A stretch of DNA of 63,988 nucleotides, filler included, from a bacterium (GTDB taxonomy: Bacteria; JBBIVP01), in NCBI GenBank assembly GCA_037439705.1. It is 3 parts of 3 records of this genome, joined end to end, with 100 filler letters (N's around TTAATTAATTAA, not from the genome) between each part and the next. Parts side by side here need not be neighbours in the genome. Positions count along the whole stretch, not along the records: positions 1 to 28,058 come from JBBIVP010000005.1; 2 more parts are not named here. The stretch is one strand, 5' to 3'. A model generated the notes under the pieces. That model was not told where the DNA came from and made no database searches. It saw only the letters and a program-made list of their open reading frames with translations. A program made the position numbers and the translations under genes. Below, piece after piece: positions 9,102-18,203 of the stretch (position 1 is the first letter of the stretch; each line of letters begins with the position of its first letter).

Positions 9102-10562
9102 CTATCTTTTTGCCATCTCTACAGCCCTTAATAATGCCCTCGCTTTGGAAATTGTTTCCTCATATTCCAAGGAAGGAACAGAATCAGCAACTATTCCTGC
9201 ACCTGCCTGAATAAATACATCTTTTCCCTTTTTGATGAGAGTTCTTATTGCAATAGCCATATCCATATTTCCTGAATAGTCAAAGTATCCGATAGCACCT
9301 GAATATATCCCCCTCCTCTCTCCTTCAAGTTCATCAATAATCTCCATTGCCCTTATCTTGGGAGCTCCTGTAACGGTTCCAGCAGGAAATGCAGAAACAA
9401 AAGCAGAAAACATGTCTACATCCTCTCTGAGAACCCCTTTTACCGAGCTTACCATATGCATTACATGCGAATACCTTTCAACTGTCATAAGTTCCGATAC
9501 TTTCACACTCCCTGGAACAGATACCCTTCCTACATCATTTCTTCCAAGGTCAACGAGCATTATGTGCTCTGCCCTCTCCTTCTCACTTTTTAAGAGTTCC
9601 TCTTCAAGTTTCATGTCCTCTTCTACGGTTTTCCCGCGAGGTCTTGTTCCTGCTATAGGTTTTACCTCAATATCCCTTCCCTCAACCCTGACCAGAACCT
9701 CTGGAGAGGAACCAATTATTTGAAAATTCATCAGTTCAAGATAAAACATATAAGGGGACGGATTTATAACCCGTAATGCCCTGTATATCCTGAAGGGGTC
9801 TCCTGAATAAGAAGTTCTTAACCTTTGAGAAAGAACAACCTGAATCACATCTCCAGCAAATATGTATTCCTTAGCAACTTTAACAATTTCCTCAAATTTT
9901 TTTCTTGTAAAGTTTGACGATATTGGAAAATGAAACGAACCATCAAAAGTGATCTCATCCATTTTTGCCCTTCCCCTCCTTATCACATTCTCTATCTTTT
10001 CAATCTCTCTTATAGCATCCTCATAACCTCCTTTTTCAGCAAGAACCACTATGAAAAAAGTATGTTTGAGATTGTCATAAACTATAAACCTGTCGGTAAA
10101 CAAAAAGAATGCCTCAGGAAGTTTGATAACCTCTTTTGAAGAAATTTTTAATTTTTCAAAAAACCTGATACAGTCATAAGAAATGTATCCCACAGCTCCT
10201 CCAAGAAACCTTGGAAGTCCTTCATATCTATGAACACTGTATCTTTTTATAAATTCTTTTATAGGCTCAAGAGGAGTCTTTGCCTTTCCAGAGTATCGGG
10301 TTTTCCCTTTTCTGAATAAAATCTCAAAATCTCCATTTTTAAAGGTAAAAACTGCAAATGGAGAGAAACCTATGAAACTGAATCTCCCCCACTTTTCTCC
10401 ACCTTCCACACTTTCAAGAAGAAATGGATAATCAAACTTCTTTACTTTTGAAAATACGGTTAAGGGGTTTTCAAAATCAAGAAAAAGTTCTTTGTAAACT
10501 GGAACAAGTCCTCCCTTTTTTGCAAATGCGTTAAAAATTCTTTTTGGAGGATAAATTTCCAT
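9102..10562 (-). CDS. trpE: Anthranilate synthase component I
   Basis: LLESVEGG, QVVLSQR, NPSPYM, PIAGTRPRG, EHIMLVDLGRND, GAPKIRAM. Confidence 0.93.
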   Translation of the reverse strand: MEIYPPKRIFNAFAKKGGLVPVYKELFLDFENPLTVFSKVKKFDYPFLLESVEGGEKWGRFSFIGFSPFAVFTFKNGDFEILFRKGKTRYSGKAKTPLEPIKEFIKRYSVHRYEGLPRFLGGAVGYISYDCIRFFEKLKISSKEVIKLPEAFFLFTDRFIVYDNLKHTFFIVVLAEKGGYEDAIREIEKIENVIRRGRAKMDEITFDGSFHFPISSNFTRKKFEEIVKVAKEYIFAGDVIQVVLSQRLRTSYSGDPFRIYRALRVINPSPYMFYLELMNFQIIGSSPEVLVRVEGRDIEVKPIAGTRPRGKTVEEDMKLEEELLKSEKERAEHIMLVDLGRNDVGRVSVPGSVKVSELMTVERYSHVMHMVSSVKGVLREDVDMFSAFVSAFPAGTVTGAPKIRAMEIIDELEGERRGIYSGAIGYFDYSGNMDMAIAIRTLIKKGKDVFIQAGAGIVADSVPSLEYEETISKARALLRAVEMAKR

Positions 10563-11338
10563 TACAGGTCTATTTTCATTCCGTCATTGGCAGAGATTAT
10601 TTTAAATCCGCTTTTCTGCGACAACTTCTCAACAATCTCCCAGGGTTTACTTTGAATCATATGCATCCCAAAATGGGTGAGTATAGCAAGTTCTGGCTGA
10701 ACCGCCTCTATTATTTTGAAAGCATCATCTACACAAAGATGCAGAATCCCTTCCCTTCTTTCGGTGAGCACAGTATTTATTATAAGAACCTCTGCCATCT
10801 TTTTCTTTAAAGGCATATCAAAAAACTTTGTGTCTGAAATAAAAAGAATTTTTCCACTCTCCCATTCAAATAGAAAGGCGTAATTTTCAACCCCGTGCTG
10901 AAGTTTGAAAACAGGAGTTATTTTTACAGGACCAACGCCTACCTCTTCACCCTCCTTAAAGACTATTATTTTCTCCAGATAACTCCTGACATATTTAAAA
11001 ACCACAGGGTCATCCTCAAGACAATCTAAGGGAGTGAGAAGGACTCCTCTTTTCTGTAGCCCACCGTTTGTCATACCTTCTATGATTACATTTACATCAT
11101 TGGTGTGGTCAAGGTGTCTGTGAGAAATCAGAACGCAATCGGTATGAATAGGGTCAAGCTTTGGTTTTGAAGAGTTTAGTTTTACTATTGCTCCAGGACC
11201 GGGGTCAACATGTATACGATACCCGTCAAAATTCAGGATAAATCCCGCTGACGACCTAAGTTGCTTGATAACAACAAATCTTGCTCCCGCAGTGCCGAGA
11301 AACTTTATGTAATTCCCTTTTTTTTCTTCTGAAGCCAT
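10562..11338 (-). CDS. MBL-fold metallo-hydrolase
   Basis: FLGTAG, DPGPG, SHRHLDH, SDT, THFG motifs. Confidence 0.88.
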   Translation of the reverse strand: MASEEKKGNYIKFLGTAGARFVVIKQLRSSAGFILNFDGYRIHVDPGPGAIVKLNSSKPKLDPIHTDCVLISHRHLDHTNDVNVIIEGMTNGGLQKRGVLLTPLDCLEDDPVVFKYVRSYLEKIIVFKEGEEVGVGPVKITPVFKLQHGVENYAFLFEWESGKILFISDTKFFDMPLKKKMAEVLIINTVLTERREGILHLCVDDAFKIIEAVQPELAILTHFGMHMIQSKPWEIVEKLSQKSGFKIISANDGMKIDL

Positions 11339-11446
11339 AATGAAATAATACCCATTATTCGGAAAATTTCAAATCAATAAGCCTAAATCTCACCATGCAG
11401 TTTTGAATTGAAAATTTATTTTTATTTTACCATACTGAAAATAACA

Positions 11447-12961
11447 ATGATAACCACTATTCCAGCCGATTACATAATGACTTTTATAATAGGAAGTTTA
11501 TTTTCTGTTTTCGCATTTCAAAATATTGTAAAAAGCGGAAGATTAATCAAAAATAAATATCTTCTTACCCTTATCCTTTTCCTGACCTTTTTCTGTATGC
11601 CCATTGCCCTGCTTTGCTATTTTCTCTATCCCGACTGGTGCTGGATGTACTGGGTTGAATCCAAAAAACTCTCATTCCCTTCAGTCTTTTTCTCTTTCCT
11701 TATGTACTATTTATTCACCCTCACTGGATATCTTGTGGGGTTTGAGGTTGAAAAAAGAAAGACGGGAAACGGACTAAAGGTCGTAGGACTTTCGCTTCTG
11801 GTTTTTATTATCTTCTGCTTTGTCAACTGGAGAAGGTTATTTTTTGTGGGTGACCTTGAAAGTTTCAGAAGTGGTTCTGCAAAATTTTTGTTTAAGATGC
11901 CAGAGCTATCAGCCATCGTTTTCGGCGGAATGGCAATTGCTTTTACTGGAATGGTTTTCATTCTCTATCGTTTTGGAAAAGAACTGGATTTCAAGCCCGA
12001 CGAAAAAGCCCTTTCTTCATATAGAAAATTTGAAAAATATGCTGGCATTTCAAGAGTGAAAGATACAGTCATTGATGCAATAAAAGATTCTCTGGAACTC
12101 TGGAACGGAATAGAATATTTGAAAAAACTACTTTATGAAAAGCCTTTTGTCCTAATAAAAATAAATGCTGCAGGAGGCGGAAAAGACAAAAAGGGAACAC
12201 AAATATCCCCTGTGGTTCTTTCAGCAGTGATTGACATAATAAGGGAATTAAAAAAAGATGCAAAGATATTCGTTGCTGAAAGCCCATCAATAGTGTGGTG
12301 GAATTTAAAACCTCTTCTTGAGGGAAGCAAAATAATGGATGTAATTGTCAATAAAAAGGTGGAGTTTTTAAACCTTTCAGTAGGACAGTTGATTGAACAC
12401 GATTTTGGAGGAAGACTCGGGCTCGAAAAAATTCATCATAAACTATTAGAAAACCCACTCCTCATAGACCTTCCAGTGGCAAAGACACACGCATTTTACA
12501 AAATGAGCGGGGCACTCAAGAACATGTTTGGCATTCTTCCTCATCCAATGAAGTTGAGAAGATACCATACAAAGGGATTTGCTGACATATCGGGAATGAT
12601 TTTTATTGATATATGGAGAAACTTTCCGCCAGATATAGTGATAGTTGATGGAACATTTTCCTGTGAGGGAGACGGTCCAGTAGCTGGAAAATCCAAAAAA
12701 ACCGATTTCATTCTCTCTTCAAACGATGCTCTTTCCGCTGATATCATTCTTTCTAAAATCATGGGGTTCAAAAAACCTGAAAAAATTCCATATCTGAAAT
12801 CTGCCATTTCTCTCGGTTTCAAACCTGAACCTGTGGTTTTGGGTGAAAACCCTGACACCTTTCTAAACCAGAAATGGAAGAAGCCACATCTGTCAAGGAC
12901 CTATAGCCTCTTCAAAAATTTCCTTTACATTTTAAAGGAACACCTCATTAAAAATTTTTAA
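11447..12961 (+). CDS. Fusion of WxWMY membrane domain and DUF362-family domain
   Basis: N-terminal TM domain (PDWCWMYW); C-terminal VLIKIN, PVAKTH, GALKNMFG, IVDG...EGDGP, DALSAD typical of DUF362. ATG 11447 preferred because it aligns with the paralog start. Confidence 0.78.
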   Translation: MITTIPADYIMTFIIGSLFSVFAFQNIVKSGRLIKNKYLLTLILFLTFFCMPIALLCYFLYPDWCWMYWVESKKLSFPSVFFSFLMYYLFTLTGYLVGFEVEKRKTGNGLKVVGLSLLVFIIFCFVNWRRLFFVGDLESFRSGSAKFLFKMPELSAIVFGGMAIAFTGMVFILYRFGKELDFKPDEKALSSYRKFEKYAGISRVKDTVIDAIKDSLELWNGIEYLKKLLYEKPFVLIKINAAGGGKDKKGTQISPVVLSAVIDIIRELKKDAKIFVAESPSIVWWNLKPLLEGSKIMDVIVNKKVEFLNLSVGQLIEHDFGGRLGLEKIHHKLLENPLLIDLPVAKTHAFYKMSGALKNMFGILPHPMKLRRYHTKGFADISGMIFIDIWRNFPPDIVIVDGTFSCEGDGPVAGKSKKTDFILSSNDALSADIILSKIMGFKKPEKIPYLKSAISLGFKPEPVVLGENPDTFLNQKWKKPHLSRTYSLFKNFLYILKEHLIKNF

Positions 12962-13019
12962 AAACTCTTGACATTCCATTTAATCCTTGTTAAAAGGCAT
13001 TCAAAAAAGGGGGCTGAAG

Positions 13020-13519
13020 ATGGATAAACGGTTCAGCAAAGAGCACCTCTGGGTGCTTCCAGTAAAAAGGAGGGGGAAAACCACTGCTAAAATTGGAGTT
13101 ACAGAATTCTTCATTACAAAATATGGCTACATAGAAGAACTCATCCTTCCGGACCCTGAGGAGACTTTTGAAGCGGGAGAAACAATGGGAGAAATAGTTA
13201 CAGGAAAAGAAGGTTCTGTTGACATANNNNNNNNNNNNNNNNNNNNNGAGGCGAGGTAATTGATATTAATTCAGAAATAGCTGAATCCCCTGATATCCTC
13301 AATGATGACCCGGAATCCAAAGATAACTGGTTAATAGAAATTGAGCTCTCTGACCCATCAGAACTTGACTTTCTCCTTGGCGAAGAATCATACGAACAAC
13401 TGATTGAAGAAGAAGGCGAGGAACTAGAAGAAGAACTGGAAGAGGAGGAATTTGAAGAAGAATTTGAAGAAGAATTTGAAGAGGAACTTGAAGAAGAGCC
13501 AGAAGACGAAGAAGAATAA
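13020..13519 (+). CDS. gcvH: Glycine cleavage H-like lipoyl-carrier protein with long acidic tail (spans 21-N gap)
   Basis: RFSKEHLWV, IGVT, EIVTGK; after gap GEVIDINSEIAESPDILNDDP..NWLIEIEL, then E-rich tail to TAA 13517-13519. Confidence 0.8.
13227..13247. other. Assembly gap (21 N) inside gcvH
   Basis: N run; reading frame differs on the two sides, so gap length is an estimate. Confidence 0.95.
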
Positions 13520-14677
13520 ATGGATGTCTCGGAAAAATTAAAGAAACTCCCTCCTTACCTTTTTGCTGACCTTGACAGAAAAAAAGAAGAGGTTAGAAAA
13601 AGAGGGATAGATGTTATAAGTCTTGGAATAGGCGACCCTGACATTCCTACTCCTGAAGAAATAATTGAAGCATTATATGAAGCAGTATGTGATCCGGTTA
13701 ACCACAGATATCCCTCTTACGAAGGAATGCTCCTTTTGAGAGAAAAGTTTGCTGAATGGTTCAAAAAAAGATTTGGTGTCCGTTTAGACCCTGAAAAAGA
13801 GATAATTACACTCATTGGAAGCAAAGAGGGAATTGCACATCTTCCCCTTGGAATTGTTAACAAAGAAGAATTCGTTCTCATTCCTGACCCGGGATATCCT
13901 GTTTACTATGCATCCACAATTTTTGCCGATGGCATTCCGTTTTTCATACCCCTTCTTAAAACCAACAACTTTATTCCCGATTTATCATCCATTCCGGAAG
14001 AAGTGGTAAAAAAAACAAAACTTATGTTCATAAATTATCCTAACAATCCAACTTCAGCCATAGCCCATTTGTCCTTTTTCAAGGAAGTAATAGAATTTGC
14101 TCAAAAAAATGGAATAATAGTTGCTTCAGATGCTGCCTATTCTGAAATCTTCTGGAATGAAAAACCTCACAGCATACTTGAAGTGGATGGTGCTAAAGAA
14201 TGTGCTATAGAATTTCATTCACTTTCAAAAACATTCAACATGACCGGATGGAGGATAGGTTTTGCGGTAGGGAATAAAAATGTTGTGAATGCACTTTTAA
14301 AGGTAAAAACAAATGTGGATTCCGGAGTATTTCAAGCAATTCAATATGCAGGAATAAAGGCTCTTGAAATTTATGATAAAATATCACAGCAAAATCGGGA
14401 GATATACAAAAAGAGGAGGGAGAAGTTTTTAAGGGGAATTGAGAAAGTTGGTTTAAAAGCACATCTCTCAGACGCTACTTTTTATGTATGGATTGAATGC
14501 CCGAAAGGGGTTTCATCCATGGAAATGGCAGAAAAATGCCTTGAAAAAGGAGTAGTTCTTACCCCAGGAGTTGGATTTGGAAAATATGGTGAAGGATTTG
14601 TGAGAGCTGCTTTAACTGTGTCCGAAGAAAAAATTGAGGAAGCCTATGAAAGGATAAAGGAAGTTTTCAACACTTGA
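13520..14677 (+). CDS. dapL: LL-diaminopimelate aminotransferase (class I/II PLP enzyme)
   Basis: LPPYLFA, LGIGDPD, GSKEG, NYPNNPT, DAAY, SLSKTFNMTGWRIG. Confidence 0.85.
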   Translation: MDVSEKLKKLPPYLFADLDRKKEEVRKRGIDVISLGIGDPDIPTPEEIIEALYEAVCDPVNHRYPSYEGMLLLREKFAEWFKKRFGVRLDPEKEIITLIGSKEGIAHLPLGIVNKEEFVLIPDPGYPVYYASTIFADGIPFFIPLLKTNNFIPDLSSIPEEVVKKTKLMFINYPNNPTSAIAHLSFFKEVIEFAQKNGIIVASDAAYSEIFWNEKPHSILEVDGAKECAIEFHSLSKTFNMTGWRIGFAVGNKNVVNALLKVKTNVDSGVFQAIQYAGIKALEIYDKISQQNREIYKKRREKFLRGIEKVGLKAHLSDATFYVWIECPKGVSSMEMAEKCLEKGVVLTPGVGFGKYGEGFVRAALTVSEEKIEEAYERIKEVFNT

Positions 14678-15195
14678 AAGAAGTATACCTCCTTTTAGGG
14701 TCAAACAAAGGAAACCGTTTAGAAAATATAATTTCTGCTATTCTATATTTAAAAAAAATTGACCCGGAAAAATTGAAGGTTCTGGAATTGTCATCCATTT
14801 ATGAAACACAACCTGAGGGAATAAATTATATTCAGCCTGCCTACCTCAATATAGTCATTAAATGTATGACCACTTATCAACCCCTTGAACTCCTTGATGT
14901 TGTGGAATCTATTGAAAAAACTCTTGGAAGAAAAAACAAGGGAAAAAAAATGCCAAGAACAATTGACATAGACATCCTACTTTTCGGAGATATGATATTA
15001 AATACCCCCAGGTTAAAAATTCCCCACCCCCAGATATTAGAAAGAAGTTTTGTCCCCCATATTCTATGTGAACTCTCAGAAACTCTCCTCCATCCTGAAT
15101 GCGGAAAAAAAATGATAGATATAGTTACGGAAAGAAAAGAAAAACCCCCTTCAATTTATTTGAAAAAAGAGAAATTAGAAACCCTTGTTTTATAA
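14674..15195 (+). CDS. folK: 2-amino-4-hydroxy-6-hydroxymethyldihydropteridine diphosphokinase
   Basis: LLGSNKG, SSIYET.P, PRTIDIDIL, IPHP...ERSFV. Confidence 0.95.
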   Translation: MKEVYLLLGSNKGNRLENIISAILYLKKIDPEKLKVLELSSIYETQPEGINYIQPAYLNIVIKCMTTYQPLELLDVVESIEKTLGRKNKGKKMPRTIDIDILLFGDMILNTPRLKIPHPQILERSFVPHILCELSETLLHPECGKKMIDIVTERKEKPPSIYLKKEKLETLVL

Positions 15196-17036
15196 TAATG
15201 AATTATCCATAAAACAACTGCAATCAAAATCCATGAAAAAGAACTCTTCCCCTCGTTGCATCCACATCCTTTCAAAACCTTCCCTTTATATTTCAACTTA
15301 ACCGCAATATCTCCTTTAAAAGGAATGACCTTTATCTTTGCAACCCCTTCTTTCACAACGAGATTTTCTCTCTCAACAATTCTTCCATCTTTTGTATCCC
15401 AGAATTCAAGAGAATACTCACCGTCAATCAATCCTTCTACATTCACATTCAACTCAGTTCTTTCATGCGGAAAATTAGTTTTATCCCATTCACTGCTTTT
15501 ATCGTGAATCCACAAAAGCGCTCCTGATTTTGACTTAATCCCCAGGACTTCTACAGGAGAAAAATTAAATTTGCCAACTCCTTCATAGAAAAACTCCCTG
15601 TAATCGGTAAAACTCTCTCCCTTAACAAACTCAGAAATTCCCTTTAGGTGATACCAGAGGTTATTGGGTTCAATGTAATCATACCACCACCATGACATGG
15701 CAGTTCCTGCATTTCCTGAAAGGATGGATGCCCATACACCATTATGAATGTTCACTCCATAAGGGTCATGGAGATTAAATGATGGCAACCAGTAAATACC
15801 GAACTCTCCTGCGAATGTTGGTTTATTGAATTTCCTCAAAGCCTCTGCTGACCTTACCATCTGTTCCGAAATTCCGAATACAGGGGCGAGATAAGCATGA
15901 TATTGGGTGTAATCGAGCCCTTCCAGGTCCCAGAATTGATGCTCATCAAGAAAGTATGGGCTGGTGAAAGAAGTGGTTATAAGATGAGAATGAACATCCC
16001 ATTTCCTTATCTTTCTAATTTTGTCAATATGCCAGTTCTTTATAACATCTCTATTCCTGTAATAACCGATTATACCGTCAACTTCATTAAAGAGTTCCCA
16101 GGCAAGGAGATTGGGAGAGTACCCCCATCTTGCAATTATGTATCTCAACCTTTTATCAAAAAAAGCATTTGCTTCATGGGATGAAAAAAACTCTATGGAA
16201 GAACTTAACATACCCCCATTTTTTATATTGAACGGATTCTCATTCCATGAAGACCATATGGAGGTTTCAAAAGCAGTATGATAAAGAAGAACTAACTGGA
16301 TATAAATGCCGAGAGATTCAGCCTTTTCAAATATTCTGTCAATTCTGTTCGCTGCTTCAAGACTATAAAATCCAAGTCCATGATAAATTCCTGATGGATG
16401 GGTTGAATTCCATTCTATTGTCTGCCCCTGAAAATAATGGGACATCCAGATTCTTGCATAGTTTCCACCTGCATTATGGAGTTTTTCAAGGAAATAATCG
16501 TAATAAAAACTTCCCGTATCATCTGATGTCCATGCGATGTTAAAACCTACTGGTATGTAAGGCTCACCATTATCAAAAGAGAAATAAAAGGGATTTTCTT
16601 TATTCACCCTTACAAAACCCTTATTATCTGGGGAAAGGCTTTCAAATGCCATCTCATCTGTCTGAAACACACCTGAATGGTCTATTACCTTTATAAAAAA
16701 TCTGTAGGTTCCTGTTTCAAAGGGTGTAAACCTTATTGCCCAGTAGGGAGCACCAAGGGGTTTAAATCGTTCAACTCCGGATTCTAAATACCTTTCAAAA
16801 TCCTGGGTGTAAAAGGCTGGAACAAATAATGTAGTTCCTGAAGGAGTAATTATTTCAGCACCTGCATCAACCTCATCCGGGTCAAATGGATTAAGATATT
16901 CTTCTTCAATGTCAAATCTCACCTCAAATTTTTCAAATTTATGAACTGAAGGAGGAAATGATATGTTTTTTATCTTTTCTGAAGAAAAAATGGAAAGCAA
17001 AACAAAAATGTAACACTTTAATTCTCCGCCCATCAA
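15156..17036 (-). CDS. Secreted glycoside hydrolase (DUF5060 + GH5-like TIM barrel) with C-terminal GCGC-TM sorting tail
   Basis: NPFDP, W.IRFTP, RYIIARWGYS, WELFNE (acid/base), KPTFAGEFG (nucleophile), WWW; C-terminal KGCGC followed by hydrophobic helix. Confidence 0.8.
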   Translation of the reverse strand: MMGGELKCYIFVLLSIFSSEKIKNISFPPSVHKFEKFEVRFDIEEEYLNPFDPDEVDAGAEIITPSGTTLFVPAFYTQDFERYLESGVERFKPLGAPYWAIRFTPFETGTYRFFIKVIDHSGVFQTDEMAFESLSPDNKGFVRVNKENPFYFSFDNGEPYIPVGFNIAWTSDDTGSFYYDYFLEKLHNAGGNYARIWMSHYFQGQTIEWNSTHPSGIYHGLGFYSLEAANRIDRIFEKAESLGIYIQLVLLYHTAFETSIWSSWNENPFNIKNGGMLSSSIEFFSSHEANAFFDKRLRYIIARWGYSPNLLAWELFNEVDGIIGYYRNRDVIKNWHIDKIRKIRKWDVHSHLITTSFTSPYFLDEHQFWDLEGLDYTQYHAYLAPVFGISEQMVRSAEALRKFNKPTFAGEFGIYWLPSFNLHDPYGVNIHNGVWASILSGNAGTAMSWWWYDYIEPNNLWYHLKGISEFVKGESFTDYREFFYEGVGKFNFSPVEVLGIKSKSGALLWIHDKSSEWDKTNFPHERTELNVNVEGLIDGEYSLEFWDTKDGRIVERENLVVKEGVAKIKVIPFKGDIAVKLKYKGKVLKGCGCNEGKSSFSWILIAVVLWIIHYYKTRVSNFSFFK

Positions 17037-17062
17037 AGTGAACCTTCCAATTCAGTCCAAAC

Positions 17063-18121
17063 TCATGGGGTTTGAGGAATAAATATCCCTTTTGTCTTGT
17101 AATTTTCGGCTAATGCTGAGACAAGGGAAATGAGCTCAATCATCTTCTTTTCCAGTTCCCTTTTTCTTACATAAAGCCCTATCTCATCCCCCCTTACTGC
17201 AAATTTCTTAAGAATGTCTGAAATTACTTCCTTTTTGACATCTGTGGCTTTTGAAATCCTCTCCGTCAGAAGTCTCTTTTCATTTTTTATCACTTCTGAA
17301 AGGAGTATATAAAGTTTTTCTTTCTTTGGATTTTTTGAAAAAATTTTGAGCAAATAAGGGTCAATATAGCCTGTAGCCTTCTTTATATATTTCTTTGGTG
17401 AAAGATTGAAAAATTTATAAAGCTGAATGTTGAACTCCTCTACCGGCTTCACTTTTATAGAAGGGTCATTTTCAACAACAGGAGGTTTTCTTTTAAGCTT
17501 TTTGATAATATTCTCTGTCCATTCAAGCTTCACCATTGCACCCGGTTTAAATCTGTAAACCTTTCTCCACTTTCTACCAAGGAGCATCACAGTTGCAAAT
17601 GTTTCTGCAAAATCATCATCAGGATGCTTCTGGGCATAGTGGTCTCCTGTAAGATTTACATACTCCCTGCTCCATGGCTTCTTTTTAAAATAATCCTTTG
17701 ATGGATAGGTATTAAAAAAATGTCCTTTCACGTTGAATATTCTTCTGAAAGGTCGGGCTCTGTAGAGTTTATAAAGATAACAAAATGCATGACCCACTTC
17801 GTGCCATATTACAGCAGGAAGTTCATCAATGGAAAAGAGCGTTTTTCCTGCTTCTATACAGAGTTCCCTTATTAATTTATTGGTGTCCCAGAACGGAACT
17901 GAAATATTGGATGTACCCATGCAACAAGAATACTCCACCCCAAGGTAAAAATTCGGTCTTATCACAAACCCCATCTCCTCCATTTTTTCCTTCACAGACT
18001 TTATAACTCCTTGAAGGGGTTCACCGTTCAAACTTACAGGGAGTCGGGAAATCGGGGTGGTAAGAAGTTCCGCCTTTTTCGTATTCTCTTCATAAAAAAG
18101 CAAAAACTCTGATGCTCTCAT
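17063..18121 (-). CDS. Putative zinc-binding metallopeptidase
   Basis: HEVGH zincin motif; HYAQKHPDDDFAETFA. Confidence 0.75.
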   Translation of the reverse strand: MRASEFLLFYEENTKKAELLTTPISRLPVSLNGEPLQGVIKSVKEKMEEMGFVIRPNFYLGVEYSCCMGTSNISVPFWDTNKLIRELCIEAGKTLFSIDELPAVIWHEVGHAFCYLYKLYRARPFRRIFNVKGHFFNTYPSKDYFKKKPWSREYVNLTGDHYAQKHPDDDFAETFATVMLLGRKWRKVYRFKPGAMVKLEWTENIIKKLKRKPPVVENDPSIKVKPVEEFNIQLYKFFNLSPKKYIKKATGYIDPYLLKIFSKNPKKEKLYILLSEVIKNEKRLLTERISKATDVKKEVISDILKKFAVRGDEIGLYVRKRELEKKMIELISLVSALAENYKTKGIFIPQTP

Positions 18122-18203
18122 GGAGAAAAATAATAATTAAAAGGAATTTTAAAGCAAGTATTTGATGGGCGGAAAGTTAAAAAATTAACATGATGTTTTA
18201 AAA

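Noticed and set aside
13227-13259. gcvH as a frameshifted pseudogene
   Set aside because: Frame change coincides with an N gap of estimated length
13410-13516. GAA-rich tandem repeats as a CRISPR or other array
   Set aside because: Low-complexity coding sequence for a poly-Glu tail; no spacers. No CRISPR array or cas gene seen in the window
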